Assembly (NCBI GenBank): GCA_023261755.1 | Contig: JAGDXS010000026.1 | Span: 22,015-86,014 of the forward strand | From: Thermoplasmata archaeon | GTDB lineage: Archaea > Thermoplasmatota > Thermoplasmata > Thermoplasmatales > ARK-15 | DNA length: 64,000 nucleotides | Direction of reading: 5' to 3' | Shown: piece after piece, positions 29,658 through 39,462 of the stretch | Position numbering within the stretch: position 1 is the stretch's first letter | Layout: every line of letters starts with the position of its first letter | Program-made: the position numbers and the translations under genes | The notes under the pieces: generated by a model | Told to the model about the DNA's origin: nothing | The model's input: the letters and a program-made list of their open reading frames with translations, nothing else | Databases searched by the model: none

Positions 29658-30463
29658 TTTGAAATTCCCCCAATTATGTATGATATAAGTCCAAGGATCA
29701 TTGCATATTTTGCAGCATTCTGACCTTTATGCGGTGATTTAAACTGTATTATAGCTGCATATATAAATATTATATCAGCTACGGCTACAGCAATTATGTA
29801 ATATAAACCAAAATAATGGAAAACATATGGTATGGATGAAATTAAAATTCCAATTAGATAGAATATTGAAGCAATCAAAAGTGCATTTCCTTTTCCTATT
29901 TTCTTTGGAAGAGTTTTTCTGTTAAAATCTCCTGCCATGTCCTCAACATCCTTCGTTATTTCCCTTCCCAATGTGGCAAAAAAGGCCATTGAACCCAATA
30001 TTAAAGGAAGTTCATATTTATTGAATATTGATCCTGTAAATATAAACAGCATTAAAAGTAAAAAACTTATTGTAATGTTACCGTAAATGCCAATGTTTTT
30101 AGTTTTTGATTCATAAATATATAGAAGAAAAATAGCCAATATATCAATTAAGAATGGAACCAAACCGATGAAAATTGCAACAAAAAGAGATATTGAAAAT
30201 AAAACACCTGCATATATAAGTGCCTTTGATGGGGATATTTTTCCAGATGGAATAGGTCTTTCCGGATGGTTTATGATGTCCACTTCCCTGTCAAAATAAT
30301 CATTTAATACATTTCCTCCAGCTGTTGTTAAAAATGTAACAATAAAACCTAAAACAACTAAAATATTCAATAAAGATCTCCCTAGGGATAATGTAACTAT
30401 TAAAACGCTTACTCCTGACATAACTGCATTCAAAGGTCTTATTATCTGGAACCATTCCTTCAT
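29654..30463 (-). CDS. Digeranylgeranylglyceryl phosphate (DGGGP) synthase, UbiA family
   Basis: IIRPLN, NDYFDREVD.INHPERPIPSG, REITKDVEDM.GD. Confidence 0.92.
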   Translation of the reverse strand: MKEWFQIIRPLNAVMSGVSVLIVTLSLGRSLLNILVVLGFIVTFLTTAGGNVLNDYFDREVDIINHPERPIPSGKISPSKALIYAGVLFSISLFVAIFIGLVPFLIDILAIFLLYIYESKTKNIGIYGNITISFLLLMLFIFTGSIFNKYELPLILGSMAFFATLGREITKDVEDMAGDFNRKTLPKKIGKGNALLIASIFYLIGILISSIPYVFHYFGLYYIIAVAVADIIFIYAAIIQFKSPHKGQNAAKYAMILGLISYIIGGISK

Positions 30464-30506
30464 TTTCTATCCCTATGGCAATGGATAACATTAATATTTC
30501 GATTTT

Positions 30507-31256
30507 TTAATAACTAGAAATTTTACCTGAAGGTGTTCTATAATTTCTACCCAAATCTTTCATTAATATTAAATCATCTTTATTGAAAACGGGTCCATCA
30601 GCACATACCCTGAAGCCATTGATGGCACAAGAATCGCATAATCCTATCCCACACTTCATGTATCTTTCTAGGCTTGCCTGCATTTCTTTATTACCAACCT
30701 GGTCAACAATTACCCTTATCATTTTTTCCGGGCCACAGGCATAAACAGAATCAAAATTGTACAATTTTAGTGAATCCGTAGCCAAGCCTTTTATTCCTAA
30801 AGAACCATCTTCTGTAAATATTGTAAATACGGAAGATTTATTTTTTAATCTATCAATAAAAAATAAATCATCTTTTGTTTTAGCCCCGATTACAACAATT
30901 TTTTCCTTAAAATTTGAATCTTCAATAAATGGAGCAAGGGAGGCAACTCCTGTACCGCCAGCTATGAATAATGCTTTTTCTCCCTTTTCTGTGTAGAATT
31001 TTCCGTATGGTCCTCTGTAAAATAATCTTTCACCCACTTCAAGGGATGAAAGCGCCTTGGTACCTTCTCCTATTACCTTGAATGTAAATCCCTTGGCATT
31101 TCCAATGTATGAAAAACTCATGGGGAATTCATCAACTCCGGGAATCCAGATCATTGCAAACTGTCCAGGTTTTACTTTAATATCATCCCTAAAAATTATA
31201 GAATAAACATCCCTATTCTCTTTTATTTTTTCCTGAATATTTACCATGCGATACAT
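30507..31256 (-). CDS. pyrK: Dihydroorotate dehydrogenase electron transfer subunit
   Basis: PGQFAMIW, GPYG, AGGTGVA, CGP, MKCGIGLCDSC...VCADGPVF. Confidence 0.93.
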   Translation of the reverse strand: MYRMVNIQEKIKENRDVYSIIFRDDIKVKPGQFAMIWIPGVDEFPMSFSYIGNAKGFTFKVIGEGTKALSSLEVGERLFYRGPYGKFYTEKGEKALFIAGGTGVASLAPFIEDSNFKEKIVVIGAKTKDDLFFIDRLKNKSSVFTIFTEDGSLGIKGLATDSLKLYNFDSVYACGPEKMIRVIVDQVGNKEMQASLERYMKCGIGLCDSCAINGFRVCADGPVFNKDDLILMKDLGRNYRTPSGKISSY

Positions 31257-32149
31257 TATTTCACCGCCAGGCCAGAAAATTCATCAATAGTATTGAAACC
31301 TTCTTTTTCCATATATTTTTCAATACCTTCGTTTATTTTTCTGAAAACTGAAAAACCGTAATAGTATATTGCAGTCCCAACCTGAACAGCTTTTGCACCA
31401 GCAAGTATGTATTCAACAGCATCCTTCCAATTGTTTATTCCACCAACACCAATTATGGGTATATCCATTTCCTTTCTTACATCATATACAGCTCTGAGAC
31501 CGATTGGTTTTATTCCTGGGCCTGAATAACCACCCACATAATTTGAAAGTATAGGTCTTTTTGCATAAATATCAATGGATATGGCTTTTACAGTATTTAT
31601 TAAAACGAGAGCATCTGCCTTTGATGCACTCATTGCTATTTCAACTATATTTGTAATATTTGGTGTTAATTTTGCAAAAATAGGGATGTTTACTTTTCTT
31701 TTTATTTCATTTATAATTTCTTCCACAAGTTCTGGATCCTGGCCTATTTCTGAACCAAAACCCTTAACATGGGGACAGGATAAATTTAATTCCACAGCAT
31801 CTACACCATATTCTTCCATTTTTTTTGCTAATAATGTAAAGTCATCTTTATTACCAAAAATTGAACCTATAACAGGAATACCATTCTCTTTTACTTTTTT
31901 AATCTCATCCTTGAAATTATCTATTCCTGGGTTTGCTAGGCCTATGGCATTTATAATCCCTGTATCAATTTCTATAACAACTGGATTTTTGTATCCATTT
32001 CTCTCTTCCTTACCTATGGATTTTGTTACTACACCACCTGCTCCATTTTTAGCGGCTTTTACCATGGAATCACCCTGCTCATCCATGATTCCACTTGCTA
32101 ATAGAACTGGATTTTTCAATTTAATTCCTGAAATTTCAACTGAAACCAT
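31256..32149 (-). CDS. pyrD: Dihydroorotate dehydrogenase 1B catalytic subunit
   Basis: NPVLLASG, ELNLSCPHV, AKLTPN, LINT, GGYSGPGIKP, IGVGGI. Confidence 0.95.
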   Translation of the reverse strand: MVSVEISGIKLKNPVLLASGIMDEQGDSMVKAAKNGAGGVVTKSIGKEERNGYKNPVVIEIDTGIINAIGLANPGIDNFKDEIKKVKENGIPVIGSIFGNKDDFTLLAKKMEEYGVDAVELNLSCPHVKGFGSEIGQDPELVEEIINEIKRKVNIPIFAKLTPNITNIVEIAMSASKADALVLINTVKAISIDIYAKRPILSNYVGGYSGPGIKPIGLRAVYDVRKEMDIPIIGVGGINNWKDAVEYILAGAKAVQVGTAIYYYGFSVFRKINEGIEKYMEKEGFNTIDEFSGLAVK

Positions 32150-32224
32150 GCTAAATGGATATTAAAGAAAATATTTAATAACTTTCCCAGAAAATTTAAT
32201 AAACGAAGTCAATTATTAAAAAGT

Positions 32225-33406
32225 ATGGACCCAACAGAAAGCATAAAAGGAATAAAGGGTAATTTGCTGTCAAATAAAAAAATTGTTTTTGCAATTACTG
32301 GATCTGTTTCAGCAGAGGAGGCAGTAAAAATTGCAAGGGAATTGATTAGATATGGTGCTGAAATTTATCCAGTAATGAGCGAGGATTCAAAAGAAATGAT
32401 CACTTCTACTGCAATAGAATATGCAACTGGAAAAAAGCCCATAGAGAAAATTTCTGGATTAACTGAGCATGTAATTCTAGAAAAAGAATGCGATTTGCTT
32501 TTAATTGCGCCATGTTCAGCAAATACCCTATCAAAAATAGCTTGTGGTGCTGGTGATACATCAGTTACACTTTTTGCTCTCACATTTCTTGGTTCAAAAC
32601 CTATAATTATTTCTCCAGCAATGAGCAAAACAATGTATAATAATCCGATCATTGAAGAAAATATCAATAAGTTAAGATCATTAGGGATAACAATAATCGA
32701 GCCAAAGATGGAAGAGGGTAAAGCTAAACTACCCAGCAATGATACAATTGTTGCAAATGTAATAAGGATTTTAAACAAAAAAATGAAGCGCAAAATCTTA
32801 ATTATAGGTGGTTCTACTGAAGAACCAATTGATGATATTAGGGTAATCACGAATAGATCATCTGGAAAAACATCAATAGAGTTGGCAAAAGCTGCATTTT
32901 ATTTAGGTAATGATGTTACATTATTTTTAGGTAGATCTGAAATAGAGCCACCAGAATATATTAAAACAAAAAGATTCAGAACTTTTGATGATCTTTTAAA
33001 TATGATAGATGAAATGGTATCATATGATACAATTATTGTTCCTGCTGCCTTGTCAGACTTTAAATCAGAAAAGATGGAAGGAAAGATAAAAAGTGACTCA
33101 TCCTTAAAAATACAATTGGAACCTTTACCCAAATTTCTTAAAATTTTAAGGGAAAAATATAAGAAAGATTTAATAGCATTTAAAGCAGAATTTGGTTATG
33201 AAAATTTAATAAATGAATCTAGAAAAATGATTGAAGAATATTCTTTAAAGTTCGTTGTTGCAAATGACATGCGTGATGTGAAAAGGGATGAAACAAAGAT
33301 ATTAATTGTCAGGAAAAACAGCATTATTGAATATGAGGGGAAAAAATCTGACATTGGATTAAAAATAATGCAATTTTATTTTAATCTCATTGAACATAAT
33401 GAATGA
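32225..33406 (+). CDS. coaBC: Phosphopantothenoylcysteine decarboxylase/synthetase
   Basis: ITGSVSA, APCSANT, PAMSKTMY, EPIDDIRVITNRSSG, AALSDF, FKAE. Confidence 0.93.
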   Translation: MDPTESIKGIKGNLLSNKKIVFAITGSVSAEEAVKIARELIRYGAEIYPVMSEDSKEMITSTAIEYATGKKPIEKISGLTEHVILEKECDLLLIAPCSANTLSKIACGAGDTSVTLFALTFLGSKPIIISPAMSKTMYNNPIIEENINKLRSLGITIIEPKMEEGKAKLPSNDTIVANVIRILNKKMKRKILIIGGSTEEPIDDIRVITNRSSGKTSIELAKAAFYLGNDVTLFLGRSEIEPPEYIKTKRFRTFDDLLNMIDEMVSYDTIIVPAALSDFKSEKMEGKIKSDSSLKIQLEPLPKFLKILREKYKKDLIAFKAEFGYENLINESRKMIEEYSLKFVVANDMRDVKRDETKILIVRKNSIIEYEGKKSDIGLKIMQFYFNLIEHNE

Positions 33407-33539
33407 ATATTGCAGTCCCAAGCCATGTTATACCAAAAATTAGTAAAAGAACATTATTAACAATGGTTAATGAAATTACTATCATAGCCGCAGGTATGAA
33501 GTACATGAGCAATAGTCCGATATATGTAATAAGGTCCAT
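33387..33539 (-). CDS. Small two-helix membrane protein, 50 aa (not in ORF track)
   Basis: Hand translation MDLITYIGLLLMYFIPAAMIVISLTIVNNVLLLIFGITWLGTAIFIHYVQ*. It fills the gap between rpl12 and coaBC and overlaps the coaBC 3' end by 20 nt. Confidence 0.55.
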   Translation of the reverse strand: MDLITYIGLLLMYFIPAAMIVISLTIVNNVLLLIFGITWLGTAIFIHYVQ

Positions 33540-33544
33540 AAAAA

Positions 33545-33563
33545 TCTAAAAAATGGAAAAAAT
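33545..33563 (-). terminator. U-tract terminator candidate after rpl12
   Basis: The minus strand reads UUUUUUCCAUUUUUUAG directly after the stop codon. Confidence 0.4.
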
Positions 33564-33872
33564 TTATCCGAATAATGCTCCAAGTCCAGCAATTGCCTCT
33601 TCTTCTTCCTTCTTTTCTTCTTTCTTTTCCTTTTTCTCTTCCTTCTTCTCTTCCTTTGGTTGCTCTGCTGGTGCCTGTGGTGCGGCAGCTGGTGCAAATG
33701 ATGTTGCCTTTATGGCTTCATCAATGTTTACTCCTTCCAATGAGGATATAAGAGCTTTTATTCTTGCTTTATCTGGAGTTCCTCCAGCTGCTTTAATTAT
33801 GTTTTCCACGTTCTCTTCTGTAATCTGCTGACCCATAGAATGAAGGATCAGTACACTATATACATATTCCAT
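33564..33872 (-). CDS. rpl12: 50S ribosomal stalk protein P1 (aL12)
   Basis: [11 protein letters not shown], Ala/Glu/Lys hinge, C-terminal GLGALFG. Confidence 0.96.
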   Translation of the reverse strand: MEYVYSVLILHSMGQQITEENVENIIKAAGGTPDKARIKALISSLEGVNIDEAIKATSFAPAAAPQAPAEQPKEEKKEEKKEKKEEKKEEEEAIAGLGALFG

Positions 33873-33893
33873 ATTTTTTACCTCCTTTTACTT

Positions 33894-34739
33894 TTATATA
33901 TTACCAATCTTATTTTTTATTGCCATCGCCTGCAAATTTGCTTTTGCAAGCAAATGCTTTATCGTATCAGGCGTGAAGTATTCTATATTTATGCCCAGTG
34001 AAAGTGCATCCATATATGCTTGGGCAATAAATATAGGTACTGTCTGTTTCGTGAAATATTTAATATTCAAAGATAAATTAAATGCATTCATAGCGGATGC
34101 TTTCAAATCGTTGAGTATCTTTTCTGGGTCTGTCTCTAATACATCTTTCTTGAAAATGAACTCATCTTCATAAAACGCCCTAATTTCAAGGCCTACTGGT
34201 ATCGGCCTTATGTCTAGCTTTGCCAACATCTGTGCCAATTCTTTGTTAATTTTTTCGCCTTTTTTAACTACTAATGTGTCCTTTTTTATAACTACTTTAC
34301 CTTTTTCTATCGCTGCAGGTATTCCTACTTTTTGCAGATCGCTTACAATTGGTCCTGGCTTAAAATCTGTTTCACCTGCGGGTACAATAATGTCATCAGG
34401 TGCCAATTCACCACCCTTCGGTACAGTGTTCGTTCTTGATTTTTCAACAATCTTTGCCAATTTAAATGGATCTTCATTACTCAGTATTAAGGCACTTTGA
34501 TCACTAATGAAATTTGCGAGTTCCTTCAAATTTTTCTTTTTTGAATCTAAGTTCTTTAAAGCAATGGCCATCAACGTATTTTTTGAAACTATTAATTTTG
34601 CAGATCCTCTTAAGCTCCTCCTTATATTGTTAATTTGTGTTCCTGGTATTCCATGTATTCCAACTATACCTACTACATTACTGTTCTCAATTTCTGCTAT
34701 TAGATCATTCACTGTTTTTACATTAATATTAGATACCAT
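33894..34739 (-). CDS. rplP0: 50S ribosomal protein P0 (uL10), without acidic C-terminal tail
   Basis: VSKNTL, APDDIIVPAGETDFKPGP, KLDIRP; synteny. Confidence 0.95.
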   Translation of the reverse strand: MVSNINVKTVNDLIAEIENSNVVGIVGIHGIPGTQINNIRRSLRGSAKLIVSKNTLMAIALKNLDSKKKNLKELANFISDQSALILSNEDPFKLAKIVEKSRTNTVPKGGELAPDDIIVPAGETDFKPGPIVSDLQKVGIPAAIEKGKVVIKKDTLVVKKGEKINKELAQMLAKLDIRPIPVGLEIRAFYEDEFIFKKDVLETDPEKILNDLKASAMNAFNLSLNIKYFTKQTVPIFIAQAYMDALSLGINIEYFTPDTIKHLLAKANLQAMAIKNKIGNI

Positions 34740-35381
34740 TTATTTCACCTCCAGCTTGTATGAAGGACCCATGGTAGTTTTTAGGTATATGCTATCAATA
34801 TTTCCAGTTCCTTTATCCAATTTACTGGTGATTTTCTTAATTACCTCTTCGATATTCTCTGTAATATCTTCAGGTTTCATATCCCTTGTACCAACAGGTA
34901 CATGAAATGTTCTTTTTTCTCTGCTTCTAGCTCTGACAGTTCTTTTCAGGTTATTTATCATTGGTGTAGGATCAACACCAGGTGGTATTGCTTTAGGCAT
35001 TTTACCTCTAGGACCTAAAACGACACCAAGTAGCTTACCTATTTTAGTCATAAGGCTCGATTCCGCTAAGAAAAAGTCATATTCATTTGCCAGTTTTTTA
35101 GCCTTTCTTTTATCTTCAGCAAGTTTATCGAGTTCCTCTGGAGTAATGACAAGATCTGCACTGTTTTTTGCTTTTAGTGCAGTTTCACCCGATGCAAAAA
35201 CAGCCACCTTTATTGGCTTTCCCCTACCGTGAGGTAAAATTATTTCTTCATTTATTCTTTTTTTAGGATCTGAAAGATCCACATACTTTAAGTTGAAGGC
35301 TAGATCAACACTCTCCTTGAAATTCCTCTTCTTTGATTCCTCCAACGCCTTTTTAACAGTATCGTAAATGTTTTTATCCAT
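34740..35381 (-). CDS. rpl1: 50S ribosomal protein uL1
   Basis: RNFKESVDL, LPHGRGK, LGPRGKMP, KTTMGP. Confidence 0.97.
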   Translation of the reverse strand: MDKNIYDTVKKALEESKKRNFKESVDLAFNLKYVDLSDPKKRINEEIILPHGRGKPIKVAVFASGETALKAKNSADLVITPEELDKLAEDKRKAKKLANEYDFFLAESSLMTKIGKLLGVVLGPRGKMPKAIPPGVDPTPMINNLKRTVRARSREKRTFHVPVGTRDMKPEDITENIEEVIKKITSKLDKGTGNIDSIYLKTTMGPSYKLEVK

Positions 35382-35391
35382 TTTATCTATG

Positions 35392-35430
35392 CCTCCTGTA
35401 GTAAAGCGAGCTTTATGCTCTCCTACAGTA
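35392..35430 (-). promoter_or_regulatory. Candidate uL1 autoregulatory binding site in the rpl1 leader
   Basis: CUGUAG-GA-GAGC-AUAAA-GCUC-GCUUUA-CUACAG: two helices with an asymmetric GA/G..UA internal loop, ending in the GGAGG SD. Confidence 0.7.
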
Positions 35431-35455
35431 TTCCTTACACTCTATAAGAAAGCAA

Positions 35456-35470
35456 TATTTAAACTTTTCA
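35456..35470 (-). promoter_or_regulatory. BRE/TATA internal promoter for rpl1-rplP0-rpl12
   Basis: GAAAAG-TTTAAATA about 25 nt upstream of the leader hairpin. Confidence 0.55.
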
Positions 35471-35941
35471 ATCTTCAATATTTATTTCCCCATTTGAAAT
35501 TTTTGCCTGTAACTCTTTCGGATCCATCCCTTCCACTGTTACTCCTATTGATACGCAGGAACCTAAAACTTCCATTACCATGGCCTTAATGTTTGGTGAA
35601 AGTGAATCCTGAATCTTCATTTTTGCAATCTTTTTCACCTGGTCCAGTTTAAGATCTCCAACTTTGTTAGCCTTAGGTGATCCTGAGCCCTTTTCTATGC
35701 CAAGTTCCTTCTTTATTAGTGCACTTACGGGTGGAGTTCCCACAGTTATTGTATATTGCTTCGTTTTAGGATCAACGGTCAGTTTTACTGGAACCTGCAT
35801 GCCCTCGTAATTTTTTGTTTTTTCATTTATCTCTTTCACCACTTGACCAATGTTCAAGCCAAGAGGTCCAAGCGCTGGACCTAACGGTGGTCCAGGTGTT
35901 GCTTTTCCTCCTTCTACCAATATTTCTAAACTCTGTACCAT
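35468..35941 (-). CDS. rpl11: 50S ribosomal protein uL11
   Basis: [32 protein letters not shown]. Start moved to ATG 35941 (GGAGTGA SD). Confidence 0.97.
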   Translation of the reverse strand: MVQSLEILVEGGKATPGPPLGPALGPLGLNIGQVVKEINEKTKNYEGMQVPVKLTVDPKTKQYTITVGTPPVSALIKKELGIEKGSGSPKANKVGDLKLDQVKKIAKMKIQDSLSPNIKAMVMEVLGSCVSIGVTVEGMDPKELQAKISNGEINIED

Positions 35942-35948
35942 TATTATC

Positions 35949-36866
35949 TCACTCCTTTTCAATTACTCTTACCGAACCTGCCTTCACAGTTATAGGTATC
36001 GGGACAAGTGATTCTGTAAGCTCTACTACTATTTTATCATTTGCAGGGTCAATTTCAATTATTCTACCCCTTTCACCTTTAAATGGCCCATCAACAAGTT
36101 CAACAAAATTTCCTACTTGAAGCGTTTCAACAGCAGCCTTTGGAGTTAGGTAATGCATGATTTCAGAAATTTCCATTTCACCTTTTACAACTCCTTTTAT
36201 ACCCTTAACATTTTTAATAAATGATAGAATTCTATCAGGTTGAATTGTTTCAACAAAAACATAACCCTTAAGCTTTGATGTTTCTCCTGGTACGAGAATA
36301 GAGAATACATAATCAATTTTATTCTGTTTTATTTTATTCCCTAAATCTCTAGCCACCTCTACCTCTTTACCAACTTGAGTTTTTAATGCTACAATAGTAG
36401 CTACTAAATTTATTAATACTTCACAGTTTGCATGCTGTATAGGATCGGCTTCAAGAATAGATTCTATCTTAACTTTAGCACTATCATTTATAACAGCACT
36501 TTTTGGTGTAAGAATATTTATTTTGAATGTGTATGGTTTACCTCCAGGAAAAGAATATGTTCCAGAAATTTCTCTGTTTTTGGATGGTATTAAAAGTTCT
36601 GAAATTTCATCCACTTTTGCTTTTTTGTTTTCAAGACCTTCAGAAGAAACTATCCATTCAAGTTCCTGGTCCTTTACATTAAATTCAAAACTTAATTTCA
36701 ATAAAACATTTTCATTTTTTGGAGAATTTGTATCTATGGTAATTTCTATTTGAGCATACCTTCCTGCAGAAACATTTATCTTTTCAATATTGCATTTCAT
36801 CCAAAAACCCTTTTTCTCCTTTTCGGGGACCTTAATTGAATTTGTTAAATTATCACTATCTATCAT
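35949..36866 (-). CDS. spt5: Transcription elongation factor Spt5/NusG with a ~155-aa N-terminal extension
   Basis: NGN domain ([16 protein letters not shown]) and KOW domain ([21 protein letters not shown]). Confidence 0.92.
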   Translation of the reverse strand: MIDSDNLTNSIKVPEKEKKGFWMKCNIEKINVSAGRYAQIEITIDTNSPKNENVLLKLSFEFNVKDQELEWIVSSEGLENKKAKVDEISELLIPSKNREISGTYSFPGGKPYTFKINILTPKSAVINDSAKVKIESILEADPIQHANCEVLINLVATIVALKTQVGKEVEVARDLGNKIKQNKIDYVFSILVPGETSKLKGYVFVETIQPDRILSFIKNVKGIKGVVKGEMEISEIMHYLTPKAAVETLQVGNFVELVDGPFKGERGRIIEIDPANDKIVVELTESLVPIPITVKAGSVRVIEKE

Positions 36867-36877
36867 TAATTTTTCAC

Positions 36878-37099
36878 CTACGGTACTTGGAAAACTACAG
36901 ACATCAAAAGATATATTATAAAACCTATAACCCCTATCAAAGCTATTCCAAATGCTGTTATTTCTACAACCCTTATGTATTCTTCCCTTGTTGGCTTTCT
37001 AGCCATTTTTAATACTCTTGAATATTTACCTTTACCTATTTGAGATATCCTGTCCTCGAACCATTCTTGAATGTCCTGAAACTTATCAATTACTCCCAT
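36878..37099 (-). CDS. secE: Protein translocase subunit SecE (Sec61 gamma)
   Basis: Y.RVLKMARKPTREEY, GFIIY; synteny with ftsZ and spt5. Confidence 0.93.
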   Translation of the reverse strand: MGVIDKFQDIQEWFEDRISQIGKGKYSRVLKMARKPTREEYIRVVEITAFGIALIGVIGFIIYLLMSVVFQVP

Positions 37100-37114
37100 A
37101 ATAAAATCCCCATA

Positions 37115-38146
37115 TCATTTAACTATATCAATTTTAATACCCTGATCAGAAAATGTGTATTTAGGATTTCCTTTAATTCCAGTGAGTACGACCATTACGC
37201 TCATTTCTCTTTTATAATCAGGTCTTACAGAGGCTCCCCAAATTATTCTTGCATTTTTTGAAAGTTTTTGTTCCACTATCTGAACTACCTTATGAGCTTC
37301 TTCAACAGTCATGTCATCGCCCCCAATAACATCGATTAATGCACCACTTGCACCTGAAATATCTATGTCTATTAGAGGTGAATTTATTGCCATTTCAGTT
37401 GCCTTTTCAGCCCTATTTTCACCATCACTCTCTCCTAATCCTATAACTGCAAGGCCACTTTCTTTCATTGTCGTTTTTAAATCGTTGTAATCTAGATTAA
37501 TTAAGCCAGGTTTTGTAATCATTTCAGAAATACCTTTTATAGCCCTTACTAAAACTTCATCCGCTACCCTGAATGCTTTGTTTAAAGGCATTCTTGGAAC
37601 CAGTTTTAACAGTTTGTCATTTAATATTACTATAACAGTATCAGCTTCCTTAATCAATTTTTCAAGTCCCCACATTGCATTTTCAAACCTATATCTACCT
37701 TCAGATGTGAACGGTAAAGTTACAACAGCAACAGTTAGGGCTCCAATTTCTTTAGCTATTTTTGCAACTACGTTTGCTGAACCAGTTCCAGTTCCACCTC
37801 CCATTCCAGCAGTTATAAAAACTATATCGCTTCCTTCTAAAACTTTTTTAATATCCTCTTCTGATTCCATTGCAGCCTTCATTCCTATTTCAGGTTGTGC
37901 ACCTGCACCTAGACCCCTTGTGAGTCTTTTCCCAAGAAGTACCTTTTTTTGTGCTTTTGTCATGTATAAATGAGGAGCATCTGTGTTCATAGCTATTAGT
38001 TCCACATCCTGAATACCCTCATCTATGATCCTTGAAATTGTATTGGAACCTGCTCCACCACAACCTACAATTTTAATTTTAGTTTTTAATGATTTAAGTA
38101 ACTCAATTAACTCTTGCTCTTCAGGTGAAATGTTATTTTCATCCAT
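37115..38146 (-). CDS. ftsZ: Cell division protein FtsZ
   Basis: VGCGGAGSN, GMGGGTGTG, PGLINLDYND. Confidence 0.97.
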   Translation of the reverse strand: MDENNISPEEQELIELLKSLKTKIKIVGCGGAGSNTISRIIDEGIQDVELIAMNTDAPHLYMTKAQKKVLLGKRLTRGLGAGAQPEIGMKAAMESEEDIKKVLEGSDIVFITAGMGGGTGTGSANVVAKIAKEIGALTVAVVTLPFTSEGRYRFENAMWGLEKLIKEADTVIVILNDKLLKLVPRMPLNKAFRVADEVLVRAIKGISEMITKPGLINLDYNDLKTTMKESGLAVIGLGESDGENRAEKATEMAINSPLIDIDISGASGALIDVIGGDDMTVEEAHKVVQIVEQKLSKNARIIWGASVRPDYKREMSVMVVLTGIKGNPKYTFSDQGIKIDIVK

Positions 38147-38218
38147 TATAACCACCAATTAATTATATTCTATATATTAATTTTGTATATAAAGATCTCG
38201 ATTAAGAAAAGAAAAAAA

Positions 38219-39442
38219 TTAAATGTTTTTTACAACGAGTTTCAAATTTGCTGGTTTTTTACTTACATTTAATATTTTCATACCATAGATTTCCTCTATA
38301 CCTTTTTCATATGCTATATCAACGAGTCTCTGTGAAATTATTCCACCCGTGATCAGTGTTTTTCCTTTGATCTGTGCAGTGGAAAGTTTATCAAATAGTT
38401 CATTGAGCTGTATAGTATCTAATATCTCGCCCTTCTCATCCGTGAGAAATGCTACCTTTTTTTCAAAGGCATCTAGCAATAGATCATCCTTTTTCTTTTC
38501 TTCATTTGTTTCTTCTATCCGAATTTCATCGTTCTGAACTTGTTCCTGTACCTGTTTGTTATGCTCAGGTATCATTTCTTCATTTTTCATTAATTTTTCC
38601 AATTCTTCATTCATTCCATGGGTTGCCAGGTATTGTTCGACGGTCATTTTATTCCTTAATGCCTTTACTATTTGCTTATAAGTGAGTTCCTCAACCTCTC
38701 TTCCTGGTGGGGCTCTTGCAACAAAGTCTATTTCAGCTACCTGAAGTAGTTCTTTTAAAATAAGATCTCCACCTCTGTCACCATCTAAGAAGCAAGTTAC
38801 TACCCTTTCCTTTGTTAAATCTATTATTGTCTTTGGTATATTGGTTCCTTCTACTGCAATGGCATTTTTGATACCATATTTTAAAAGATTCAAAACATCT
38901 GATCTTCCCTCAACAACTATTATCGCATCTGATGTTGGAACAGCTGGTCCTGCAGGAAGCCTGTCCTCACCATATGTAATTATTTCCTGTTTTTCTATTG
39001 TTTCCCTCACCACTTGAATCAAATCTTCGCTAAGATTTTTACCTTGTGAGAGAAGACTTTCCAATAATTCTTTTGCCCTTTCGACAACTTTTTGTCTTTT
39101 TGTTAATCTTATATCTTCTATTGAAAGCACTTCAAATCCTGCCTTACAAGGTCCTACCCTTTCTATTGTTTCAAGGGAAGCTGCCAATATCGCTGTTTCA
39201 ACTTGATCTAAACTTGATGGTATATAAACAATACCTTCAGATTTTCCTTTTTTTGAATCTATTTCAACCTCTATTCTACCTATTCTTCCACTTTTTTGTA
39301 GATCTCTTAAATCAAGCTCTTCACCTAGTAACCCCTCAGTTTGGCCGAAAATTGCGCCTACAACATCAGGTTTTTCTACAACACCATCAGCTGTTATTTT
39401 AGCTTTGATGAGGTACTTTGCTGCATTTGGATCTATATTCAT
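38219..39442 (-). CDS. dnaG: Archaeal DnaG (primase-like, exosome-associated)
   Basis: DVVGAIFGQTEGLLG, VVEGRSDV, DGDRGG TOPRIM. Start ATG 39442 after AGGTGA. Confidence 0.95.
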   Translation of the reverse strand: MNIDPNAAKYLIKAKITADGVVEKPDVVGAIFGQTEGLLGEELDLRDLQKSGRIGRIEVEIDSKKGKSEGIVYIPSSLDQVETAILAASLETIERVGPCKAGFEVLSIEDIRLTKRQKVVERAKELLESLLSQGKNLSEDLIQVVRETIEKQEIITYGEDRLPAGPAVPTSDAIIVVEGRSDVLNLLKYGIKNAIAVEGTNIPKTIIDLTKERVVTCFLDGDRGGDLILKELLQVAEIDFVARAPPGREVEELTYKQIVKALRNKMTVEQYLATHGMNEELEKLMKNEEMIPEHNKQVQEQVQNDEIRIEETNEEKKKDDLLLDAFEKKVAFLTDEKGEILDTIQLNELFDKLSTAQIKGKTLITGGIISQRLVDIAYEKGIEEIYGMKILNVSKKPANLKLVVKNI

Positions 39443-39462
39443 ATGTATCACCTACCTAGTTA

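Noticed and set aside
32680-32740. CoaBC lacking the bacterial 'LAC.D.G.G' catalytic cysteine loop
   Set aside because: The EPKxEEGKAK variant is, to my knowledge, the usual archaeal form, so it is not evidence of inactivation.
33590-33700. CTT/TTC simple-sequence repeats
   Set aside because: They encode the normal Glu/Lys hinge of ribosomal P1.
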